A stretch of DNA of 47,776 nt from an uncultured Eubacteriales bacterium (GCA_964644675.1 CAZXWK010000004.1:36217-83992); one strand, 5' to 3'. Positions 27,320-36,486 are shown, numbered from the stretch's first letter. A program made the numbers and translations. The notes: generated by a model from the letters alone, not told the origin.

Positions 27320-28666
27320 CTAGGCGCCCATCTGGGTCTCGATGAAGTCAGTATAGACGTCGCCCGCCTGGAACGCGGCGTTCTCGACCACGGCCTGGTG
27401 GAACGGGATCGTGGTCGGGATGCCGACGACGATGAACTCGTCGAGCGCACGGCGTGCGCGGGCGACGGCCTCGTCGCGCGTCTCGCCCCAGACGACGAGC
27501 TTCGCGAGCAGCGAGTCGTAGGTCGGCGGCACCTTGTAGCCCGAGTAGACGTGGCTGTCGACGCGGACGCCGAAGCCGCCCGGCGGGTTGAAGACCTCGA
27601 TCGTGCCCGGGTGCGGACGGAAGTTGTGCGCCGGATCCTCGGCGTTGATGCGGAACTCGATCGCGTGACCGCGCTTGACGATCTCGGCCTGCGTCTTGTG
27701 GCGCATCTCCTCGCCCGCGGCGATCCGGATCTGCTCCTTGATGATGTCGACACCGGTGATCTGCTCGGAGATGGGGTGCTCGACCTGTACGCGCGTGTTC
27801 ATCTCCATGAAGTAGAAACGGCCGTCGGTATCGAGCAGGAACTCGATGGTGCCGGCGTTCTCGTAGCCCACGGCACGCACGGCCTTCATCGCCGCCTCGC
27901 CCATCGCGGCGCGGAGCTCCGGCGTGACCGCCGGGCTCGGAGCCTCCTCGACGAGCTTCTGGTGGCGGCGCTGGATCGAGCAGTCGCGCTCGTAGAGGTG
28001 CACGGCGTTGCCGTGACTGTCGGCGAGGACCTGCATCTCGACGTGGCGAGGGCGCAGGAGGTACTTCTCGATGTAGACGGTGTCGTTGCCGAAGGCCGCC
28101 GCCGCCTCGGTCTTGGCCGCGACGAGGTTGCTCCTGAGCTCGTCGGGATCCTTGGCGACCCGCATTCCCTTGCCTCCGCCACCGGCGGACGCCTTGATGA
28201 GGACCGGGAACCCGACCTCGTTCGCGAACTCGAGTGCCTCGTCGTAGCTCTCGACGGGACCCGGGCTTCCGGGGACCGTCGGGACGCCGGCCGCGGCCAT
28301 GGTCTCGCGAGCGACCGACTTGTCGCCCATGCGGTCGATCGCGTCGGCCGAGGGCCCGATGAACACGAGCCCCGAGTCCGCACACGCGCGGGCGAAACCG
28401 GAGTTCTCGGCGAGGAAGCCGTAGCCGGGATGCACGGCCTGCGCGCCGGTCTGAAGCGCCGCCGAGATGATGTTCGGCATGTTGAGGTACGAGAGCGCGG
28501 AGGACGCGGGCCCCACGCACACCGCGTGGTCCGCCATCACGACGGGCAGAGAATCGCGGTCCGCTTCCGAGAAGACCGCAACAGTCTCGACGCCCATCTC
28601 CTTGGCGGCGCGGATCACGCGAAGCGCGACCTCACCGCGGTTCGCAACGAGGATACGGTCGAACAC
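27320..28666 (-). CDS. accC: Biotin carboxylase (AccC/PycA-type)
   Basis: MFDRILVANRGEVALRVIRAAKEMG..., ATP-grasp domain, 448 aa. Confidence 0.95.
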   Translation of the reverse strand: MFDRILVANRGEVALRVIRAAKEMGVETVAVFSEADRDSLPVVMADHAVCVGPASSALSYLNMPNIISAALQTGAQAVHPGYGFLAENSGFARACADSGLVFIGPSADAIDRMGDKSVARETMAAAGVPTVPGSPGPVESYDEALEFANEVGFPVLIKASAGGGGKGMRVAKDPDELRSNLVAAKTEAAAAFGNDTVYIEKYLLRPRHVEMQVLADSHGNAVHLYERDCSIQRRHQKLVEEAPSPAVTPELRAAMGEAAMKAVRAVGYENAGTIEFLLDTDGRFYFMEMNTRVQVEHPISEQITGVDIIKEQIRIAAGEEMRHKTQAEIVKRGHAIEFRINAEDPAHNFRPHPGTIEVFNPPGGFGVRVDSHVYSGYKVPPTYDSLLAKLVVWGETRDEAVARARRALDEFIVVGIPTTIPFHQAVVENAAFQAGDVYTDFIETQMGA

Positions 28667-28681
28667 GAAGGGCTCCTGACG

Positions 28682-30526
28682 CTAGGCGGGCTCGTAGTAG
28701 AACAGGACCGTGCCGTACTCGACGGGGTCACCGTTCTTGACGGCGATCTCGCGAACGACACCCGCCTCCTCGGCGATGATCTCGTTCATGAGCTTCATCG
28801 CTTCGAGGATGCACAGCGGCGCGCCCTCGTCGAACGAATCGCCCACGGCCACGAACGGGGCGGCACCCGGAGCGGCGGCCGCATAGAAGGTGCCGACCAT
28901 CGGCGCCGTGATCGTCTTCCAGCCGGCGGGACGGCCGGCGCTCGGCGTCTCGGCGGCGGGAGCGGCCGGGGCGGCAGACGCTGCGGCGGCCGGGGCGACG
29001 ACGGGCGCGGCGGCCACCACGCCACCACGACGGACGGTCACCTTGGAGTCGCCCTCCTCGATGACGATCTCGGAGATGTCCGATGCCTCGACGACCTTGA
29101 TGAGTTCGCGGATCTGGCTGACGTCCACGGATTCGTCCTCCTTGACTGTGTGGAGCTCTTCACTCATGAGGAAGACCGCCTTCTCGGCGCCTTCCTTGTG
29201 CCTGGTCATGTACTGGTGTGCCTCGTTCGGGAAGAGCGCGTACATGAGCACGTCTTCCTCGCTCCTGGCCAGATCGCCAATCTCCGCCTCGACCTCAGCG
29301 TAGGTCGTCGTCACGAGCGAGCCGGGCCGGATGTCGGCGGCGAGCGGTTCGGCGCCTCCCAGAACCTTCTCGACGATGGTCTTGTCCATCGGGCCGGGGG
29401 CCTTGCCGTAGTAGCCGCGAACGTAGTCCTTCATCTCCTGCGGCACGATGTTCCACCGCTTGCCGGTGAGCACGTTCATGACCGCCTGCGTGCCGACGAT
29501 CTGCGACAGAGGCGTCACGAGCGGCGGATAGCCGACCTCGGCACGAACCCGAGGGACCTCGGCCAGCACGTCCGGCAGGCGGTCCAAGGCGTTCTGCAGC
29601 TCAAGCTGGCTGATGAAGTTGCTCATCATGCCGCCCGGCACCTGGTGGCTGAAGACCTCGATCGACAGCAGCGTCGTGATGCCGCGCTTGAGGTTCTTGC
29701 GCTCGCGCACCGCCTCCCAGTACTCGGCGATCTCGAAGAGCAGGTCGAGGTCGAGACCGGTATCGTACGGCGACTCCTTGAGAGCCGCGACGATGGTCTC
29801 GACTGCGGGCTGGCTGTTGCCGAACGCGAGGGCGACCACAGCGGTGTCGACGATGTCGGCACCCGCCTCGGCGGCCTTGACGTAGTTCATCGGCGCCATG
29901 CCGCCGATGTAGTGGCAGTGCACGTGGATGGGCAGCCCGATCTCTTCCTTGAGGGCGCGCACCATCTTCTCCGTGCGGAACGGCGTGAGCATGCCCGCCA
30001 TGTCCTTGATGCAGATCGTGTCGGCCCCGAGATCCTTGAGCTGCTGAGCGTACTCGAGGTACGAGTCGAGCGTATGGACCGGGCTCACGGTGTACGAGAT
30101 GGCGCCCTCGAAGAGTCCGCCGCACTCCTTGACGGCCTGGGCCGACGTCTCGATGTTTCGGATGTCGTTCAGCGCGTCGAAGATGCGGAACACGTCGATA
30201 CCGTTTCGCTTCGAGGCGTGCACGAAGCGGGTGACGATCTCGTCCGAGTAGTGCCGGTAGCCGACCAGGTTCTGGCCGCGCAGGAGCATCTGCAGCGGCG
30301 TGTTGGGGCAGTGCTGCTTGATCGTGCGCAGGCGCTCCCACGGGTTCTCGTCCATGAAGCGCAGGCACGAATCGAAGGTCGCGCCACCCCACGCCTCGAG
30401 CGACCAGAATCCGACCGAGTCCATCTTGGGCAGGATCGGCAACATGTCGCCGATCTCCATGCGCGTCGCCCACAACGACTGGTGCGCGTCGCGCAGCGTC
30501 GTGTCGGTGATGTGCACTGGTCGCAT
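28682..30526 (-). CDS. pycB: Carboxyltransferase (5S/HMGL-like) fused to a C-terminal biotinyl carrier domain: pyruvate carboxylase subunit B / oxaloacetate decarboxylase alpha-type
   Basis: VHITDTTLRDAHQSL (pyruvate-binding TIM barrel), then an Ala/Pro linker and a biotinylation motif (CILEAMKLMNEI). The ATG at 30526 is preceded by GGGAGG plus 4 nt; the track start at 30598 adds 24 aa. Confidence 0.85.
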   Translation of the reverse strand: MRPVHITDTTLRDAHQSLWATRMEIGDMLPILPKMDSVGFWSLEAWGGATFDSCLRFMDENPWERLRTIKQHCPNTPLQMLLRGQNLVGYRHYSDEIVTRFVHASKRNGIDVFRIFDALNDIRNIETSAQAVKECGGLFEGAISYTVSPVHTLDSYLEYAQQLKDLGADTICIKDMAGMLTPFRTEKMVRALKEEIGLPIHVHCHYIGGMAPMNYVKAAEAGADIVDTAVVALAFGNSQPAVETIVAALKESPYDTGLDLDLLFEIAEYWEAVRERKNLKRGITTLLSIEVFSHQVPGGMMSNFISQLELQNALDRLPDVLAEVPRVRAEVGYPPLVTPLSQIVGTQAVMNVLTGKRWNIVPQEMKDYVRGYYGKAPGPMDKTIVEKVLGGAEPLAADIRPGSLVTTTYAEVEAEIGDLARSEEDVLMYALFPNEAHQYMTRHKEGAEKAVFLMSEELHTVKEDESVDVSQIRELIKVVEASDISEIVIEEGDSKVTVRRGGVVAAAPVVAPAAAASAAPAAPAAETPSAGRPAGWKTITAPMVGTFYAAAAPGAAPFVAVGDSFDEGAPLCILEAMKLMNEIIAEEAGVVREIAVKNGDPVEYGTVLFYYEPA

Positions 30527-30620
30527 CGCGCCTCCCATGCCGTCGGCATGCGTCGGAACCGTTCGCGCCCCGTTCGGAGGCGCACGGCGAGCCTGCATCT
30601 GAGTCCCTCAGTATATACGA

Positions 30621-30653
30621 GGCCGGACGCGTCAGGCACACCCGCGTCCGGCC
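30621..30653 (-). terminator. Hairpin downstream of efp (11-bp stem GGCCGGACGCG / CGCGTCCGGCC) followed on the minus strand by TATATACT
   Basis: Inverted repeat read directly, in the 152-bp efp-pycB intergenic region. Confidence 0.55.
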
Positions 30654-30678
30654 GATACCGTATGAAGCCCTTGTCCTG

Positions 30679-31239
30679 CTACACGCGAGTGATGTAGCGC
30701 CCGTCCCGCGTGTCGATCTTGAGCTTCTCGCCGACGTTGATGAACATCGGGACCTGGACCACCGCTCCGGTCTCCAGGGTCGCCGGCTTGGTGCCACCCT
30801 GGACCGTGTCGCCCTTGAAGCCGGGATCGGTCTCGACGACCTCGAGCTCGACGAACATCGGGGGCTCGACCCCCATGTACTCGCCGTCCGCGGTCATGAT
30901 CTCGACCTCGTCGTTGTCCTTGAGCCACTTCGCGGCGTCACCGACGAAGTCCTTGTCGAGCTCCACCTGCTCGTAGGACGTGTTGTCCATGAAGTAGTAG
31001 GTGTCGCCGTCGTTGTAGAGGTACTGCATCTTCTTGGTCTCGACGCGCACGTCGTCGAACTTCTCGCCCGCACGGAACGTGTAGTCGACCACGCGCCCGC
31101 TCTGGAGCTCCTTGAGCTTGGTGCGCACGAAGGCGCCGCCCTTGCCGGGCTTGACGTGCTGAAACTCGACGATGACCCAGCGCTTGCCCTCGTGCTGGAT
31201 GCACATGCCGTTCTTGAACTGCGCGGTTGTGACAGGCAC
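30679..31239 (-). CDS. efp: Elongation factor P
   Basis: ...TAQFKNGMCIQHEGKRWVIVEFQHVKPGKGGAFVRTKLK (includes the KPGKG loop). GTG start preceded by GAAGGAGA plus 6 nt. Confidence 0.95.
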   Translation of the reverse strand: MPVTTAQFKNGMCIQHEGKRWVIVEFQHVKPGKGGAFVRTKLKELQSGRVVDYTFRAGEKFDDVRVETKKMQYLYNDGDTYYFMDNTSYEQVELDKDFVGDAAKWLKDNDEVEIMTADGEYMGVEPPMFVELEVVETDPGFKGDTVQGGTKPATLETGAVVQVPMFINVGEKLKIDTRDGRYITRV

Positions 31240-31286
31240 TGCCGATCTCCTTCTTCACCACGCGTCTCGCGAGCGCGAGCGCGTCC

Positions 31287-32384
31287 CTATACCTCGATCA
31301 GGTCCTTGGTCGAGCGCGTCAGCACACGTGCGCCGGCCTCCTCCACGACCACCAAGTCCTCGATTCTAACACCGCCCGACCCGGGTATGTAGATGCCCGG
31401 CTCGACGGTCACCACACTCGAGGCGGGCAGCGCCTTTTCGCCCCGTGGGCCGACACTCGGCGCTTCGTGCACCTCGCGCCCGACACCGTGCCCCAGCCCG
31501 TGCCCGAACCGCTCCCCGAACCCCCGCTCCGCGATGACTGCGCGCGCCGCAGCATCGGCCTCCTTGCCGAGCACCCCGGCGGCTATCTTGCGGATCCCGG
31601 CCTCATTCGCAGCGAGAACCGCGTCGTAGATCGCGCGCTGCTCCGCGGAGGCCGACCCGATCACGACGGTCCTCGTCATGTCGGCACAGTACCCGCCAAC
31701 CTTCGCGCCGAAATCGAGCACGACGAAGTCGCCCGCCGTCAGCCGGCGATCGGTGGGCGTGGCGTGCGGAAGTGCAGAATTGGGGCCGCTCGCCACGATA
31801 GGCGCGAAGGCGACGCCCTCGCTTCCCTCTCGGCGCATGAAGAACTCGAGCTCGAGCGCGACCTCGCGCTCGGTCAGACCCTCTCGCAACGTACCGAGCA
31901 GGTACTCGAACGCCCGGTCCGTCAAAGCCTGGGCCGCCGATATGCGCTCGATCTCCTCGTCTGACTTCACCAGGCGCAGGTCCTCGACCCACCCGGTCAT
32001 CGGAACCACCTCGGCGACCGAGGCCGTCCGGGTCGCGTCGAACCGCCAGAAGGGCATGGTGGACTCGAGCCCGATCCGGACGCCCTCGCTTTCGGAGCCC
32101 GCCTCGACACATGCGGCCGACAGCACGTCGCCCTGAGCCGGCATGTGGATCCGCCAGGCCGAACCGGCCGCGGCGGCGGTGAGTGCGTCCACGTAGCGGC
32201 TGTCGGTGAACACGACCGCGTCCGTAGGCGTGACGAGCGCAGCGTGCGCGTCCTCGTCGTCGAAGACACCGTCGAACCCGGTCAGGTAGCCGACGTTGAC
32301 CACGCGGGTCACGATCGCGGCGGCGACGTCGTTCCTCGCGATCGTCGCCCGGAGGTTGTCGAGGGCCGTCTGCTGGTCGTTCAC
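31287..32384 (-). CDS. M24-family Xaa-Pro aminopeptidase/dipeptidase (PepQ/YqhT-like)
   Basis: Creatinase-like N-terminal domain plus a pita-bread metal-binding fold (HGLGHGVG, VEPGIYIPG). It sits next to efp, as yqhT does in Bacillus. Confidence 0.85.
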   Translation of the reverse strand: MNDQQTALDNLRATIARNDVAAAIVTRVVNVGYLTGFDGVFDDEDAHAALVTPTDAVVFTDSRYVDALTAAAAGSAWRIHMPAQGDVLSAACVEAGSESEGVRIGLESTMPFWRFDATRTASVAEVVPMTGWVEDLRLVKSDEEIERISAAQALTDRAFEYLLGTLREGLTEREVALELEFFMRREGSEGVAFAPIVASGPNSALPHATPTDRRLTAGDFVVLDFGAKVGGYCADMTRTVVIGSASAEQRAIYDAVLAANEAGIRKIAAGVLGKEADAAARAVIAERGFGERFGHGLGHGVGREVHEAPSVGPRGEKALPASSVVTVEPGIYIPGSGGVRIEDLVVVEEAGARVLTRSTKDLIEV

Positions 32385-32388
32385 GCAA

Positions 32389-32423
32389 GAATCCTCTCGT
32401 CCGGGTTCCGACGAGAGGATTCT
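32389..32423 (-). terminator. Strong hairpin (13-bp stem GAATCCTCTCGTC / GACGAGAGGATTC, 9-nt loop) after the last minor-pilin gene, overlapping the pepQ RBS
   Basis: Perfect inverted repeat. The proximal arm contains GAGAGGA, 7 nt upstream of the pepQ GTG. Confidence 0.6.
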
Positions 32424-32442
32424 ACGCCAACGCGTGCGAGTA

Positions 32443-33843
32443 CTACTTGCCCTCGTACCAGGTGTCTATCTGGATCGCCGCGTTCTTGTCGCGCGGGTAC
32501 ATGGGCGGCGGGTTGTTGGTGAGACGCGGGTCGTAGTAGAAGTTGCGGTAGTTGAAGCCGGAGCTCAGACCACTGGCCTGCGAATACCCGACGGCGCCCT
32601 TGAACGTCACGGAGTTCTTCTTGGCGGCCGTGAGCGACTTGAGACTCCACTTCGCAGGCGTCGTGCTGGTGTTCCAGTACCACTGCTGCAGGCTGCCCCA
32701 CGTAGAGAGCGGCGCGGCCTGGGGGACCTGCGTCCCCGACTGCGCCAGGATCGCCGCCTGGACGGTGTGATCCTGCGGCATCATGTCGGACCAGTACGGG
32801 TACTGGGTATCGCTCGCGGCGACTAGGCCGCACGTGTAGTTCGTGTCCTCCTCGCCGAGGAGCAGGTCGTCGTACGGGTAGATGTCCTTTCCGGACACGA
32901 TCGTGACCGAGCACGTGTAGGTTCCCGAGACCCAGACATCGTCGTCGAAGTAGAGCGGCTTGTCGCCGGGGATGTTGACCGTACCGACGGGCGACAGAGT
33001 GAACGCGCCGAGCGCGGGGTCGGGATAGGGCGTGAACGGGTGTGCGGCATACTCGGCCGCGGTACGGGGCTTGATGGTGTTGATCGCCGTGATCTTCTGG
33101 ATGGTCGCCTGTGCTCCGTTGAGGGTGACCCGGTACCCAAGCGCGCCGGACGCGGGGTAGTACGTGCCCGCGTTCGTCGCCTCGGTCTTCATCGCGGAGA
33201 TGTCCGCGAGCACGTCGGAGAACTTGACCTCTTTCTGGTTGTTCTTGTAGCCCCCGGGGTAGTTCGTCGAGGCCGACGTTCCCCACGTACAGTTACCCGT
33301 GGCCGTCGCGAGCCCGGTGATGACGCCTGAGTTCGAGAGATTGCCGTTGCAGTGCATCTTGCCGTAGATGGTCGCACCACTCGCGACGCCCTGTGTCGTG
33401 TTGACCAGAAGGACGAAGTCGGCGAACGACGGGAAGCGGACCGTGGACCGAAGCGTCCGCTTGAACCCGTTCTTCAGCGTTCCGACCGAGACGATCTCGA
33501 GTTGCCCCGATGCGTTGATCGACGCCGACGTCTCCCAGGTGCCTTCGTCCATCGTCGTCTTGGGCAGCGACGGGTGTGTCTTGTAGAAGTTGTAGTCCTG
33601 GCTGAGCTGGTAGAGGTACTCGTTGGTGCCCGCGTCGGCCAGCTGCATCGCCTTACTGCGTTGCACGTAGTGTGACGACTGCATCTCACGGTAGGCCACG
33701 AGACCCAACAGCATTGTCGCGAGCATGAACAACACCGACGAGATGACGGCGACCGACGCGAGCGCGACGCCCGCGTCATCCACCGTACCGGCCTGCCATT
33801 TGCGCATGGCTGCAAACAGTCTGAACACGCTACTGCACCTCAT
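32443..33843 (-). CDS. Pilus-associated protein with PilX-N-like hydrophobic N-terminus (putative minor pilin/tip-associated factor)
   Basis: N-terminal hydrophobic segment (GVALASVAVISSVLFMLATMLLGLVAY) without the G-F-T-L-x-E processing motif, then a large Ser/Thr/Gly/Asn/Tyr-rich secreted domain. It is the last gene of the pilus operon. The start may instead be the internal M 12 codons downstream. Confidence 0.55.
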   Translation of the reverse strand: MRCSSVFRLFAAMRKWQAGTVDDAGVALASVAVISSVLFMLATMLLGLVAYREMQSSHYVQRSKAMQLADAGTNEYLYQLSQDYNFYKTHPSLPKTTMDEGTWETSASINASGQLEIVSVGTLKNGFKRTLRSTVRFPSFADFVLLVNTTQGVASGATIYGKMHCNGNLSNSGVITGLATATGNCTWGTSASTNYPGGYKNNQKEVKFSDVLADISAMKTEATNAGTYYPASGALGYRVTLNGAQATIQKITAINTIKPRTAAEYAAHPFTPYPDPALGAFTLSPVGTVNIPGDKPLYFDDDVWVSGTYTCSVTIVSGKDIYPYDDLLLGEEDTNYTCGLVAASDTQYPYWSDMMPQDHTVQAAILAQSGTQVPQAAPLSTWGSLQQWYWNTSTTPAKWSLKSLTAAKKNSVTFKGAVGYSQASGLSSGFNYRNFYYDPRLTNNPPPMYPRDKNAAIQIDTWYEGK

Positions 33844-34510
33844 TCGCGACCGAGCGGATCTTCGCGATAGCCGATGTCGTCACGGTGACCGTCTGATCAC
33901 CGGACGCCGCGCTGTTCGCAACGTTGATACCGACGAGACAGATCTTGGTGGGCGTGTTGAGCGGGTCGGTCGTGTAGGACACTATCGTGAACCCGTGCTT
34001 CTCGCCGTTCGGGCACGTCGCCGCCGAGTCCACCGTGTTCGTGTGGTAGCAGAACACGCCGGTCGTCGTCGCGAGCTTCTTCACGATGCGGCGAGGGGCA
34101 GCCACGGTGCCGTACGTGAACTGGTAGTTGGCGTTCGTCGGCGGTGTGACCGAGCGACGGAGCTCGGACCCGACGACTTCCCACGTCACCAGGTCCGGCT
34201 TTCTGTTGTGGTCGACGTCGGCGTAGAACTGCACCTTCGTTCCCGTTGCGATGGTGAACGCGCCCTTGTCCTGGGTGGCCCCCGGAGTCGGGTCCGGGTT
34301 CTGCTGCGCCTGTCGGATGTCGCGAGTGAACTGCTCGACCGCAAGCTGCGCCTCGGTGGCCGCAGTCGTGCGAGCGGACGAGATGTTCGTGATCGCCTGC
34401 GCTGCGCTGGAAAGCGCGAACATCGCGGCCAGGATCACGCCCAGCAGCGAGCACACCACGAGGAGCTCGGTAAGGGTCAATCCGCTGTCGTCTCGCCAGG
34501 TCTTCATCAC
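33830..34510 (-). CDS. Type IV pilin-like minor pilin (pseudopilin)
   Basis: Class III signal: MMKTWRDDSG/LTLTELLVVCSLLGVILAAMFAL, with a prepilin-peptidase motif (G | L-T-L-x-E-L), 226 aa. Confidence 0.75.
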   Translation of the reverse strand: MMKTWRDDSGLTLTELLVVCSLLGVILAAMFALSSAAQAITNISSARTTAATEAQLAVEQFTRDIRQAQQNPDPTPGATQDKGAFTIATGTKVQFYADVDHNRKPDLVTWEVVGSELRRSVTPPTNANYQFTYGTVAAPRRIVKKLATTTGVFCYHTNTVDSAATCPNGEKHGFTIVSYTTDPLNTPTKICLVGINVANSAASGDQTVTVTTSAIAKIRSVANEVQ

Positions 34511-34520
34511 AGTTCGCGTC

Positions 34521-35972
34521 CTAGTTGCTCTTGGTCATGTTGACGGTCGTCGGGTTGCCCACGGTGATGTTGGCCGTCCTGGGGTTGCTGGGCCATGGCG
34601 ACAGGTTCTTGCACGTCACGTAGTAGGTACCGGGGTCAAGGTCGCGCGAGTTCGTCACCGTACCTCCGCCGGTCGGCTTGTTCACCGTGAAGCTGTCGAT
34701 CATGACCTTGGACGAGTTGCAGATCCTGATCGTGTAGCTGCCGGCGTCGGTGGCGCCGAATGTGAAGTTGATGATCAGCGTGCCCTTCGTCTTCTCCGTC
34801 AGGATGATCGACGGCGTGAGCACGTTGTCGGTCGCCGCGACGACCGTCTTGTTCACGGCAGCCGGTGAGACGTAGAGGTTCTTGCTCGCCGACACGGAGT
34901 ACGATCCGGCGTTGATGCCAGTGAAAAGGGCCTCGCCGTTCGCGTCCGTCGTGGCGGAGTAGGTTCCCGCACCGCTCAGGCTCACGGTGGCCCCGGAGAG
35001 CGGGCTACCCCCGTCGTCCACCACGGTGACCTTGAGTGTGGTCGCCTTGTTCATGGTGAGCGCCGTCGAGTAGGTGCTGTTGCCGGCGATGATGGCCAGC
35101 GGACTCGCGGTACCGACGGTGTAGCCTGTCTTGGAGCCCGTCACCGTATACGTGCCCTTGAGCAGGCCGGTGAAGGTCGCCTTTCCGGACCCGTCGGAGG
35201 TCTTCGTGATCGTGCCTGACGGTCCGCTGATCGTCACGTCAACGCCGGAGAGCGGGGCGCCGCCGAACGTCACGTTGACGATACCCGTGCTCGGCTTGAT
35301 CGCGTCGAGCGGCCACTCGTTCAGGCGTCCTGCGGTGACCGAGACCCCGGCGAGCTTCGGATAGTCGATCGCGTAGCCCAGGCAGCTGCCCGTGATGGTG
35401 ATGTTGCCCTGCGGGATCTTGCCCCAGCGGACCGTTCCGTCGGCCTTGGTGACGAGCGACGAACTCGGGCCCACTGACGGCTGGATGGTCACGGTGCAGC
35501 CCTGCACCGGCTTGCTCGTGTCCACGTCCGTCACGGTGATCTTCACGTCGCCGACGTTGGTGCTGTCGGACTTGCCGGCGACGTTCGTCTCCACCGATAC
35601 CTTGCTGGTGCCGCCCGTCCCCCAAGACACGGTGATGCGCACGGTCTTGCACGACGAGATGTTCTGGAGCGGGTCGATCGCCCACGAGACCTCGGTCGTC
35701 ACGGTGTACACGCCGACGGTGTCATTTGCGGGCAGCGTGCCGGACGGATAGCCGTTGACGGTACCCAGGTCGGCATAGGGCATCGTACGCGCCTGCTCGA
35801 GGCGCTGGTTCGCGATGTCGAGCGCGTTCTCGCGCTTCGCGGTGTTGGCGTTCGCGGACGTGGCGTAGCCGAGCACTCCCATGATCCCCAAGGAGACGAT
35901 CAGGAGCACCGCTGCCGAGATGACCAGCTCCGCGACGGTGAATCCAGACTGATCACGACCGAGCCGCTGCAT
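34521..35972 (-). CDS. Large minor pilin: prepilin N-terminus followed by tandem CarboxypepD_reg/Cna-B-like beta-sandwich repeats
   Basis: MQRLGRDQSG/FTVAELVISAAVLLIVSLGIM prepilin motif. Repeats of the type ADGTVRWGKIPQGNITITGS..GY, SDGSGKATFTGLLKGTYTVTGSKTGY and DANGEALFTGINAGSYSVSASKNLY. 483 aa. Confidence 0.75.
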   Translation of the reverse strand: MQRLGRDQSGFTVAELVISAAVLLIVSLGIMGVLGYATSANANTAKRENALDIANQRLEQARTMPYADLGTVNGYPSGTLPANDTVGVYTVTTEVSWAIDPLQNISSCKTVRITVSWGTGGTSKVSVETNVAGKSDSTNVGDVKITVTDVDTSKPVQGCTVTIQPSVGPSSSLVTKADGTVRWGKIPQGNITITGSCLGYAIDYPKLAGVSVTAGRLNEWPLDAIKPSTGIVNVTFGGAPLSGVDVTISGPSGTITKTSDGSGKATFTGLLKGTYTVTGSKTGYTVGTASPLAIIAGNSTYSTALTMNKATTLKVTVVDDGGSPLSGATVSLSGAGTYSATTDANGEALFTGINAGSYSVSASKNLYVSPAAVNKTVVAATDNVLTPSIILTEKTKGTLIINFTFGATDAGSYTIRICNSSKVMIDSFTVNKPTGGGTVTNSRDLDPGTYYVTCKNLSPWPSNPRTANITVGNPTTVNMTKSN

Positions 35973-36021
35973 ATCCCTGCACCACGATTCTTCTTCCGCC
36001 CCGACTATTCATGTACCCGCT

Positions 36022-36486
36022 TCAGCCTATGGTCTCGAGGACCGCAAGCAGTCCCAGCCGGTAGCTGTCTCGGCCGAATCCGCTGATCTGGCCGACGCAC
36101 GCGGGAGCGATCACGCTGACGTGCCTGAACGACTCCCGCGCCGCTATGTTGGACAGGTGCACCTCGACCACCGGGATGCCGATCGCCGCCACCGCGTCGC
36201 GCAACGCGTACGAGTAGTGCGTGTACGCGCCGGGGTTGAACACCACCCCATCGCACGTCGCGCCGGCGTCGTGCAGCGCGTCGATCAGGGCACCCTCGTG
36301 GTTGCTCTGCACGAACGCGAGCTCGGCGCCCGCCTCGGCCGCGATCTCGGTAAGGAATGCCTCGATCTCGACCAGTCCCTCGGTGCCGTAGACACCGGGT
36401 TCCCGCATGCCGAGCAGGTTGAGGTTCGGACCGTTCAGTACGAGGATCCGCTTCACGGTCAGTCCCCTTCCTTCGAGGTCACCCAC
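36022..36486 (-). CDS. aroQ: Type II 3-dehydroquinate dehydratase
   Basis: [13 protein letters not shown]...HLSNIAARE motifs. The functional start is probably the GTG at 36456 (VKRILVLNG), 2 nt after the aroB stop. Confidence 0.9.
   Translation of the reverse strand: MGDLEGRGLTVKRILVLNGPNLNLLGMREPGVYGTEGLVEIEAFLTEIAAEAGAELAFVQSNHEGALIDALHDAGATCDGVVFNPGAYTHYSYALRDAVAAIGIPVVEVHLSNIAARESFRHVSVIAPACVGQISGFGRDSYRLGLLAVLETIG

Noticed and set aside
26950-27753. 267-aa minus ORF treated as one gene
   Set aside because: Only the C-terminal 116 aa (from the ATG at 27300) are Asp23-like. The rest is an out-of-frame read through accC (R/S/T-rich).
28682-30526. Alternative call as Na+-pumping oxaloacetate decarboxylase alpha subunit (OadA)
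   Set aside because: No oadB/oadG membrane subunit genes nearby. An adjacent biotin carboxylase favours a two-subunit pyruvate carboxylase, but this cannot be excluded from sequence alone (kept as a finding).
27200-30697. 1165-aa plus ORF; also 27348..28520 minus, 29601..30797 minus
   Set aside because: Antisense or alternate frames over accC and pycB. The real genes have unmistakable ATP-grasp, HMGL and biotinyl motifs.
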